From Eledone cirrhosa (lineage: Eukaryota), in assembly GCA_964016885.1 (NCBI GenBank), contig OZ024744.1:46748001-46812000 (forward strand): a stretch of 64,000 bases of DNA, read 5' to 3'. Both the position numbers and the translations under genes were made by a program. Every line of letters starts with the position of its first letter. The stretch's first letter is position 1. Below, in pieces: positions 51,930-64,000 of the stretch. The notes under the pieces are model-generated. The model did not search any database and was not told where the DNA came from. It saw only the letters and a list, made by a program, of their open reading frames with translations.

Positions 51930-54029
51930 CAAGATGTGTATGAAGAGAAAGAAGACGTTTTAGTGTCGTATGACATAGAGGATAACTGGAATTTCTTACG
52001 TGACAACTTACTGCAGGCTACTGAAGAAACTTGTGGCTGGAGCAGAGCTCCGACCAGACAGAGAATGACCTGGTGGTGGAACAACACGGTAGATAAGGCC
52101 ATCTGAGACAAAAGACTAGCATGGAACGCTTGGGAAAATGGTGGGAGTAGAGATCGATACACAGGTGCTAAGAAAGAAACTAGACGTTAGGTGTACTTAG
52201 CACGCACGGAGGCTGAGAGTATGAGGTTTGCCAATGTTCTGCGACGGGAAGATCAGAGGCGTGCGGTGTTCCACATTGCAAGGCAGTGTGTCAGTGTAAA
52301 TCAGGATGTTGTTGGAGATAAATGTGTCCAAAATGATGCCGGTGTGCTTAGTGTCACGACTGATCAAAAAAAGGAGGCCTGGAAATGTCATTATGAGAGG
52401 CTGATGAATGTGGAGAATGAATGGGAGAGAGAGAAATTACCCTCAGTAGATCCGACAGAGGGACCAGCTATTGAGTTTGGCGAATATAGTGTACAAGAGG
52501 CAATTAAGGAAATGAAGAATGGCAAGGCTACTGGACTCTCGGGGATAGTTGCTGAGATGCTGAAGGCATCAGAAGTAGGCACTAAACTGGTTGCACGCAT
52601 CATCAATCAAGCTATATATGGTGCTGTCATACCCAAAGACTGTTGCAGCAGTATTCTCATAAATGGGTACAAAGGTAAAGGGGATGCTCTGGAGAGGAGC
52701 AATTATATGGGCATAAAACTGATGGATCAGGTTATGAAAGTGGCAGAAAGGATATTAGCACAACTAATTAGAGAAAGGGTCAAACTAGATGAGATGCAGT
52801 TTGGTTTTGTGTCTGGGAAGAGTACAACAGATGCCCTCTTCTTGATGAGACAATTATAAGACAGGTTCTTAGAGAAGAATAAGCCACTATACTTAGCTTT
52901 TGTTGAGTTAGAGAAGGCCTTTGATAGGGTACCTCGATCTGTCATCTGGTGGTCCCTAAGGAAACTAGGTGTAGAGGAATGGGTGTGAGGACAGTGCAAA
53001 CTTTGTACAGAGGTGCTGTCAGTAAAGTGAGGGTAGGAATGGAGTTTAGTGAGGAATTCCAGATACAAGTAGAAGTACATCAGGGTTTGGTCCTCAGCCC
53101 TCTTGTTCATTATAGTCCTCCAAGCCATAACAGAGCAGTTTAAGACTGCTGTTCATGGGAATTGCTCTATGCTGACGATCTGATTCTTATAGCAGAATCA
53201 GTAGAGGAGCTAGAGAATAAATTCTGGCTATGGAAACAGCAGTTGGAAGCAAGAGGACTGAGAGTGAACCTAGCTAAGACAAAAGTGTTGATGAGTAGAA
53301 AAGAGGACAAAACTCTGATTCCGCCAGGGAAATGGCCATGTTCGATATGCAGAAAAGGAACTGGCATAAATTCTATAAAATGCACACAATGCAGATCCTG
53401 GGTACACAAGAGATGTAGCAGGCAAACTAACAGGTAAGGAGAAATATTTATGCAGTAGATGTACAGGGAAATTAGACAGTAGAAGTCGCATTGATAAACA
53501 CATTTTTCAAATGCAGGCTATAGAAGTGGTGGATAGCTTCCGGTACCTAGGAGATCAGATTAGCATGGGAGGGGGGGGGGGGTGTTCCGAGGCCATAGTA
53601 TCTAGAATAAGGACGGGTTGGAAGAAGTTTAGGGAGCTGCTTCCTCTGCTGACGAAGAAGGGTTTTTCCCTGCGTACGAAAGGCCGGTTATATGATGCCT
53701 GTGTGAGGAGCGCGATGCTGCATGGTAGTGAGACATGAGCAGAAACTGCAGAGGATATGCGAGGGCTGGAGAGAAATGAGGTAAGCATGCTCCGTTGGAT
53801 GTTCAGTGTTAATGTGCGTAAATGACCCAGCATGAATGTGTTGAGAGAGAAACTGTGTCTGAGAGGGATAGAATGTAATGTGTGAGAGAGGAGACTGAGG
53901 TGGTATGGACATGTGATGCGCATGGAGGATGACCGATGGGTGAAGAAGTGCCAGGAAAAGCCAGTTGAAGGAAGACGTGGTAGAGATAGACCACAAAAAA
54001 CAAGGGCGGGGGTGGTGAGAACAGACCTC
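51930..54029 (+). mobile_element. Degenerate RTE-clade LINE, copy A
   Basis: Fragments KGKGDALERSNY, QFGF..STTDA, LYADDL, MLHGSET, RLRWYGHV; several stops and frameshifts. Confidence 0.9.
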
Positions 54030-55974
54030 AGATTTGCCAATGTTCAGCGACGGGAAGATCAGAGGCGTGCGGTGTTCCACATCGCAAGGCAGTGTGTCAA
54101 TGCAAATCAGGATGTTGTTGGAGATAAATGTGTCCGGAATGATGCCGGTGTACTTAGTGTCACGAATGATCGGAAAAAGGAGGCCTGGAAATGTCATTAT
54201 GAGAGACTGATGAATGTGGAAAACGAATGGGAGAGAGAGAAATTACCCTCAGTAGATCTGACAGAGGGACCAGCTGTTGAGATTGACGAATATAGGGTCC
54301 AAGAGGCGATTAAGGAAATGAAGAATGGTAAGGCTGCTGGACCATCGGGAATAATTGCTGAGATGCTGAAGGCATCAGGGGACGTAGGCACTAAACTGGT
54401 TGCACGCATCATCAATAAGGCTATATATGCTGGTGTCATACCCAAAGCCTGGTGCAGCAGTATTCTAATAAATTGCTACAAAGGTAAAGGGGATGCTCTG
54501 GAGAGGAGCAATTATAGGGGTATAAAACTGATGGATAAGGTTATGAAAGTGGCAGAAAGGATATTAGCACAACTAATTAGATAAAGGGTCAAACTAGATG
54601 AGATGCAGTTTGGTTTTGTGCCTGGGAAGAGTACAACAGATGCCCTCTTCTTGATGAGACAATTGCAAGAGAGGTTCTTAGAGAAAAATAAGCCACTATA
54701 CTTAGCCTTTGTTGACCTAGAGAAGGCCTTTGATAGGTACCCCGATCTGTCATCTGGTGTTCCCTAAGGAAACTAGGTGTAGAGGAATGGTTTGTGAAGA
54801 CAGTGCAAGATTTGTACAGGGGGGCTGTCAGTAACGTCATGGTAGGAATGGAGTTTAGTGAGGAATTCCAGATGCAAGTAGGAGTACATCAAGGTTCGGT
54901 CCTCAGCCCGCTCTTGTTCATTATAGTCCTCCAAGCCATAACAGAGGAGTTTAAGACTGGCTGTCCATGGGAACTTCTCTATGCTGACGATCTGGTTCTT
55001 ATAGCAGAATCAGTAGAGGAGCTAGAGAATAAATTCTGGCTATGGAAACAGCAGTTGGAAGCAAGAGGACTGAGAGTGAACCTAGCTAAAACAAAAGTGT
55101 TGATGAGTAGAAAAGAGGACAAAACTCTGATTCCATCAGGGAAATGGCCATGTTCGATATGCAGAAAAGGAACTGGCATACATTCTACAAAATGTATACA
55201 ATGCAGATCTTGGGTACACAAGAGATGTAGTGGAATAGCAGGCAAACTAACAGGTAGGGAGAAATACGTATACAGTAGATGTACAGGGAAATTAGACAGT
55301 AGAAGTCGCATTGATAGACACATTTTTCAAATGCTGGTGGGTGCTATAGAAGTGGTTGATAGCTTCCAGTACCTAAGAGATCAGATTAGCATGGGAGGGG
55401 GTGTTCTGAGGCCATAGTATCTAGAATAAGGACGGGTTGGAAGAAGTTTAGGGAGCTGCTGACGAAGAACGGTTTCTCCCTGCGTACGAAAGGCTGGTTA
55501 TATGATGCATGTGTGAGGAGCGCGATGCTGCATGGTAGTGAGACATGGGCAGCAACTGCAGAGGATATGCGACGGCTGGAGAGAAATGAGGCAAGCATGC
55601 TCTGTTGGATGTGCAATGTCAATGTGCGTACACGACCCAGCATGGATGTGTTGAGAGATAAACTGTGTCTGAGAGGGATAGAATGTAGTGTGCGAGAGAG
55701 TAGACTGCGGTGGTATGGACATGTGATCCCCATGGAGGATGACCGATGGGTGAAGAAGTGCCAGGAAATGCCAGTTGAAGGAAGACGTGATAGAGGTAGA
55801 CCACGAAAAACATGGGCGGAGGTGGTGAGAACAGACCTCAAATCGCTGAAGCTCACGGTGGAGATGACGAAGGACCGTGACAAGTGGAGAGATGCTGGGC
55901 TGAATAAGAGCCGTCCCACCCTTGCAAACAGGGAAAAGTAGACGTAAAATGATGATGATAATGATGATGATGAT
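54030..55974 (+). mobile_element. Degenerate RTE-clade LINE, copy B, with (GAT)n tail
   Basis: GVHQGSVLSPLLF, LLYADDL, RGRPRKTW; ends GACGTAAAATGATGATGAT. Confidence 0.92.
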
Positions 55975-56015
55975 ATATATATACATATATATATTTATAC
56001 ATATATATACATATA

Positions 56016-57714
56016 TCAGGTCATGAAAGTAACAGAAAGAGTTATAGCACAGTTGATTAGGGACCGGGTGAAACTAGATGAGATGCAAATTGGGTTTGTG
56101 CTAGGAAGAGGCACCACTGTGAGGCAGTTACAGGAAAAGTACCTAGCTAAAAGTAAGCCACTCTACCTGGCATTCGTCGATCTTGAGAAAGCTTTTGACA
56201 GAGTTCCTCGTGCTATAATCTGGTAGGCTCTTAGAAAACTAGGAGTAGATGAATGGCTTGTGAAAGCTGTACAAGCCATGTATAGGGGAGCAGTCAGCAA
56301 AGTTAGGATTAGTAATGAGTATAGCGAGGAATTTAGCGTACAGGTCAGTGTCCACCAGAGCTCTGTTCTTATCCCTCTCCTGTTCATCATAGTCCTGCAG
56401 GTAATAACAGAGGAGTTTAAGACCGGATGCCCATGGCAACTCCTGTATGCAGATTACCTCGCACTTATAGCTGAATCTATGGTAGAACTAGAGAAGAAAT
56501 TCCAAACTTGGAAGAAGGGACTAGAAAGAAAGGGTCCAAAAGCCAACCTAACAAAGACTAAGTTCCTTGTAAGTAGAGGAGAAAACAGAACCCAGATCCC
56601 CTCAGGGAAATGGCCTTGCTCAGTATGTAGGAAAGGTGAAGGTAGGAACTCCATTCTCTGCCCCAAATGCAAACAATGGGTACACAAGCGATGTAGTGGG
56701 ATCTCAGGAAGCTTAACTAAGAATGTAGGCTTCACATGTAGCAGCTGTGCTGGGATAGCAAGCAGCAAACAGCCGCAGGAAACTAGTACCACCAAACTCT
56801 GGGAGGGCTCTGTAGAAACAGTAGACAGCTTCTGCTACCTAGGTGACCGAATTAGCAGCGGAGGTGGGTGTTCAGAAAGTACAATAACTAGGGTAGGAAT
56901 GGGATGGAAGAAGTTCAGGGAGCTACTGCCACTGCTAGCTGCAAAGGGCTTTTCCCTCAAAATGAACGGCAGACTGTATGATGCGTGTATCCGAACGGCA
57001 ATGTTACATGGTAGTGAGACCTGAGCGCTGAAGGTAGAAGACTTGCGTAGATTAGAAAGTAACGAATCCTACATGTTCCGATGGATGTGTAATAGTAATA
57101 TACGCGAACGGCAAAGCATAAATGAATTGAGAGAGAGACTGAGCATAAGAGGAAACAAATGCTGTGTGCAGGAGAGGCGGTTGCGTTGGTATGGACATGT
57201 GATGCGTATGAAGGATGACAGCTGCATAAAAAGGTGCAGAGCACTAGAAGTCGATGGAAACTGCGGGGTTGGGAGACCCAAGAAGACCTGGGATGAGGTG
57301 ATAAAAGCTGACCTTACCCAATTACACCTCTCAAAGGCGATAACACACGACCGTGACCTCTGGCGTCACGCAGTAATACAGAAAACCCGACCCCCACGGG
57401 TACAAGCTGAAGCTGAAGCATATAGACAATATGCCCCCACACCCTCCCACTGCAAAGTGGTTATGGAGGTGCTACGGCAAAAAAGCACGCAGCCCACACT
57501 GTAAAGTGGACGTGTAGGTGCTACGGAAAAAAGCACCCACCACTCACTGTAAATGAGGTTGGTGTTAGGAAGGGCATCCGGCTGTAGAAAAAAAGCCAGA
57601 ATCAGTTCCCGTATGAGCAAGACAAGGTCAGCCGACTGGACACTGCCCACAACAGGACAACCCGCCTAACCCATGATAGCGTGAAAGGACGGACGTAAAA
57701 CGGTGATGATGATG

Positions 57715-57716
<2 letters not shown>
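56016..57716 (+). mobile_element. 5'-truncated RTE-clade LINE of a second subfamily, copy C, with 3' UTR and (GAT)n tail
   Basis: FVDLEKAFDRV, LLYADY (mutated YADD), PHD-like CSVC..CPKC..H..C..CSSC, GRPKKTW; in-frame stops; tail GACGTAAAACGGTGATGATGAT. Confidence 0.9.
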
Positions 57717-57746
<30 letters not shown>

Positions 57747-58059
57747 ATATATATATATATATAGATATAGATATTCTTTGCTTAAACTTTAATCTGTTTT
57801 TCTTTTTTATATTTGCACTATGGTTTTTATGTATTTGATATATATTTATCCTTATCGAACGTTCTTCGGCTTTTAGTCTTCACATTTATTATTATTACTA
57901 TAAATACATATATATAGTGTTTGTAAATTCTGTACCATACAGTTTTGTCAGCACAAGTCTTGGTTACAACTTCTACAAATAAAATTAAGGGAGAATAATT
58001 TCAGAATAAACAAGTTTTATTCAAAACATTAACAACATAGGTGTCACTATTTTGGGTGA

Positions 58060-60023
<1,964 letters not shown>

Positions 60024-60391
60024 TTACAGATTGGCAGAATTTACAGATGTTATTCTTGTCTTATTTTATATGTTATATTCCTGAAGATAGTACTTCTGCT
60101 ATATTTCCAACAACTGTGACCTCAGTCAAGATCTGAAGATGATGCAATCTTCTTTCTGATCCAAGTATAGTTAAGATTCAAAATTATCTTGTAAATATTT
60201 CAGATGGTGACAAAACAATATTTTTCCAAGAAACACGTTCTGAGGAAATATTTCACAGTAATTCTGCCACAGATTTATATAAACAGTGTTATATGAGTTC
60301 TGTATCGAAAGCTTTAGTCTTGAAATGATGATAAATAGAGGGGATGTATTCAAGATTAAAAAGTAAATATATTCCAATGTCATCTGATATT

Positions 60392-60412
60392 CTGAAATAA
60401 GAAAGAAACAGT
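60392..60412 (-). promoter_or_regulatory. Candidate splice acceptor of the zinc-finger exon
   Basis: Minus strand CTGTTTCTTTCTTATTTCAG| with a polypyrimidine tract, ~390 nt upstream of the ATG. Confidence 0.5.
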
Positions 60413-60839
60413 ATGAGATAATAGAGAATACTTTAGAAGCAGAGATAGATTTAACATTGGAAATGTATATTTCTATATTGATAATCTGTAGATATCAACA
60501 TTCATGTCCAGAGTTATTCTCTCCAATGTAATCAGTTGTATTCCAGCATGCTCTATAAATTTTATATTTCAAACTCATGGGAGGTCTGCCCTATAGCCTT
60601 TACCCAGGAACTTCATTCTTATATGACATTCTAACATGGTAATTGTCTGAGACCTGAGATGTGTAACTTGACAGTTCCTTGAGTAACAGTTCTTTCTACA
60701 TGGAAGGGAAACATGCTGTGCAATTGCTTGAAAACAGTCAAAGGATTCTCACACATGGCTACCCTAGGCACCCCAATAACATGACTTGTAGACACAATTA
60801 GTGGGAATTTTATTTGCAGGGCTTTCCATAATTTTGGCG

Positions 60840-60925
60840 TTTTTTTTCTATTCTGGTTGGATGCCCTTCCTCTCATCAACCCCTTTACAGCAAGGACTGG
60901 GTGTATTGTACGTGGCACTAGAGAG
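60840..60925 (-). mobile_element. SINE / RTE-3'UTR-related fragment
   Basis: The reverse complement CTGTAAAGGGGTTGATGAGAGGAAGGGCATCCAACC resembles 57548-57590 (GTTGGTGTTAGGAAGGGCATCCGGC). Confidence 0.55.
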
Positions 60926-61064
60926 GTTATTTTACTGGACTTAAGAGCTCTCTACCCGGTATCAGTTTCTATTTCGAGTGTCTACAATGATGATGATATA
61001 TACATATATATATATGTACAAATATATATATATATATACACATATATATATACATATATATATA

Positions 61065-61308
61065 CTAGCAGATGTACCCAGCATTGCTCGGGAAATGAAT
61101 GACAACCTGAATTGTTTAAGGTCGTTTATGGCTTAGCTAGCAATTTCCGAGTGCATGTCAGCTAATTGGCTAGCCAATGAGAGGTCGCCTCAATAGCACG
61201 TGCCAAATCGGCCTAGTACTTCAAAAGTTAAAAGGAGCCTAGTATTTGTACATAGACAGACAGACAGACACACACACACACAGACCGACTTGCTTTTATA
61301 TATATAGA
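61065..61308 (-). mobile_element. Short non-autonomous Helitron-like element
   Basis: Minus strand 5' TCTATATATATAAAA..(GTCT)n, and 3' hairpin CCCGAGCAATGCTGGG then CTAG. Inserted at A|T; same terminal design as 36397-37350. Confidence 0.8.
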
Positions 61309-61351
61309 TGTACAAATATATATATATATACACTTAGAAGAAGACGATTTA

Positions 61352-63584
61352 GATATACACAAAAAGAAGACGTTTTAGAGTCGTATGGCATAGATAATAA
61401 CTGGAATTTCTTCCGTGACAACTTACTGCAGGCTACTGAAGAAACTTGTGGCTGGAGCAGAGCTCCGACCAGACAGAGAGTGACCTGGTGGTGGAACAGC
61501 AAAGTAGATAAGGCCATTAGAGACAAAAGACTAGCATGGAAGGCTTGGAAAAAGGGTGGGAGTAGAGACCGATACACAGCAGCTAAGAGAGAAGCTAGAC
61601 GTCAGGTGTACTTAGCACGCAGGGAGGCTGAGAGTAGGAGGTTTGCCAATGTTCAGCGACGGGAAGATCAGAGGCGTGCGGTGTTCCACATTGCAAGGCA
61701 GTGTGTCAATGCAAATCAGGATGTTGTTGGAGATAAATGTGTCCGGAATGATGCCGGTGTACTTAGTGTCACGAATGATCGGAAAAAGGAGGCCTGGAAA
61801 TGTCATTATGAGAGACTGATGAATGTGGAAAACGAATGGGAGAGAGAGAAATTACCCTCAGTAGATCTGACAGAGGGACCAGCTGTTGAGATTGACGAAT
61901 ATAGGGTCCAAGAGGCGATTAAGGAAATGAAGAATGGTAAGGCTGCTGGACCATCGGGAATAATTGCTGAGATGCTGAAGGCATCAGGGGACGTAGGCAC
62001 TAAACTGGTTGCACGCATCATCAATAAGGCTATATATGCTGGTGTCATACCCAAAGCCTGGTGCAGCAGTATTCTAATAAATTGCTACAAAGGTAAAGGG
62101 GATGCTCTGGAGAGGAGCAATTATAGGGGTATAAAACTGATGGATAAGGTTATGAAAGTGGCAGAAAGGATATTAGCACAACTAGTTAGATAAAGGGTCA
62201 AACTAGATGAGATGCAGTTTGGTTTTGTGCCTGGGAAGAGTACAACAGATGCCCTCTTCTTGATGAGACAATTGCAAGAGAGGTTCTTAGAGAAAAATAA
62301 GCCACTATACTTAGCCTTTGTTGACCTAGAGAAGGCCTTTGATAGGTACCCCGATCTGTCATCTGGTGTTCCCTAAGGAAACTAGGTGTAGAGGAATGGT
62401 TTGTGAAGACAGTGCAAGATTTGTACAGGGGGGCTGTCAGTAACGTCATGGTAGGAATGGAGTTTAGTGAGGAATTCCAGATGCAAGTAGGAGTACATCA
62501 AGGTTCGGTCCTCAGCCCGCTCTTGTTCATTATAGTCCTCCAAGCCATAACAGAGGAGTTTAAGACTGGCTGTCCATGGGAACTTCTCTATGCTGACGAT
62601 CTGGTTCTTATAGCAGAATCAGTAGAGGAGCTAGAGAATAAATTCTGGCTATGGAAACAGCAGTTGGAAGCAAGAGGACTGAGAGTGAACCTAGCTAAAA
62701 CAAAAGTGTTGATGAGTAGAAAAGAGGACAAAACTCTGATTCCATCAGGGAAATGGCCATGTTCGATATGCAGAAAAGGAACTGGCATACATTCTACAAA
62801 ATGTATACAATGCAGATCTTGGGTACACAAGAGATGTAGTGGAATAGCAGGCAAACTAACAGGTAGGGAGAAATACGTATACAGTAGATGTACAGGGAAA
62901 TTAGACAGTAGAAGTCGCATTGATAGACACATTTTTCAAATGCTGGTGGGTGCTATAGAAGTGGTTGATAGCTTCCAGTACCTAAGAGATCAGATTAGCA
63001 TGGGAGGGGGGTGTTCCGAGGCCATAGTATCTAGAATAAGGACGGGTTGGAAGAAGTTTAGGGAGCTGCTGACGAAGAACGGTTTCTCCCTGCGTACGAA
63101 AGGCTGGTTATATGATGCATGTGTGAGGAGCGCGATGCTGCATGGTAGTGAGACATGGGCAGCAACTGCAGAGGATATGCGACGGCTGGAGAGAAATGAG
63201 GCAAGCATGCTCTGTTGGATGTGCAATGTCAATGTGCGTAAACGACCCAGCATGGATGTGTTGAGAGATAAACTGTGTCTGAGAGGGATAGAATGTAGTG
63301 TGCGAGAGAGTAGACTGCGGTGGTATGGACATGTGATCCCCATGGAGGATGACCGATGGGTGAAGAAGTGCCAGGAAATGCCAGTTGAAGGAAGACGTGA
63401 TAGAGGTAGACCACGAAAAACATGGGCGGAGGTGGTGAGAACAGACCTCAAATCGCTGAAGCTCACGGTGGAGATGACGAAGGACCGTGACAAGTGGAGA
63501 GATGCTGGGCTGAATAAGAGCCGTCCCACCCTTGCAAACAGGGAAAAGTAGACGTAAAATGATGATGATGATGATGATGATGAT
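61352..63584 (+). mobile_element. RTE-clade LINE copy D (near-identical to copy B, longer at the 5' end)
   Basis: Same TAA (62191-62193 vs 54582-54584) and same frameshift as B; (GAT)n tail. Confidence 0.92.
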
Positions 63585-63625
63585 ATATATATACATATAT
63601 ATATTTATACATATATATACATATA

Positions 63626-64000
63626 TCAGGTCATGAAAGTAACAGAAAGAGTTATAGCACAGTTGATTAGGGACCGGGTGAAACTAGATGAGATGCAAAT
63701 TGGGTTTGTGCTAGGAAGAGGCACCACTGTGAGGCAGTTACAGGAAAAGTACCTAGCTAAAAGTAAGCCACTCTACCTGGCATTCGTCGATCTTGAGAAA
63801 GCTTTTGACAGAGTTCCTCGTGCTATAATCTGGTAGGCTCTTAGAAAACTAGGAGTAGATCAGTAGAAAAGAGGACAAAACTCTGATTCCATCAGGGAAA
63901 TGGCCATGTTCGATATGCAGAAAGGAACTGGCATAAATTCTATAAAATGCACACAATGCAGATCCTGGGTACACAAGAGATGTAGCAGGCAAACTAACAG
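63626..64000 (+). mobile_element. Duplicated start of RTE copy C (to 63860) joined to a copy-A-like fragment
   Basis: ORF 63633..63836 is identical to 56023..56226; 63862-64000 matches ~53293-53432, including copy A's 8-nt deletion. Confidence 0.85.

Overview
Repeat-dense, AT-rich animal DNA. The SINE, RTE and C2H2-ZNF style suggests an octopus or other cephalopod (inference). No intact host gene is visible. Contents from left to right: (i) a 5'-truncated Penelope-like element (PLE) fragment and an apparently intact RT+GIY-YIG PLE with tandem pseudo-LTRs (1.6-5.5 kb); (ii) a ~34 kb satellite that turns around at ~40 kb like the arm of a foldback element and carries a Deu/Nin-type SINE and a Helitron-like insertion; (iii) a 9 kb nested inverted-repeat region (42.6-51.6 kb) around a third PLE fragment; (iv) dead RTE LINE copies with a PHD finger inside the RT region, a 2.2 kb segmental duplication and a broken C2H2 zinc-finger gene. 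The most notable signal is eight type I hammerhead-ribozyme motifs plus one half-deleted copy, all read directly from the sequence. They include one with a ~85-nt branched helix II in the PLE pseudo-LTR, and a ~377 bp near-perfect palindrome (present twice) that carries a hammerhead and AATAAA on each strand. All folds were worked out by hand and need Infernal or cleavage-assay confirmation.
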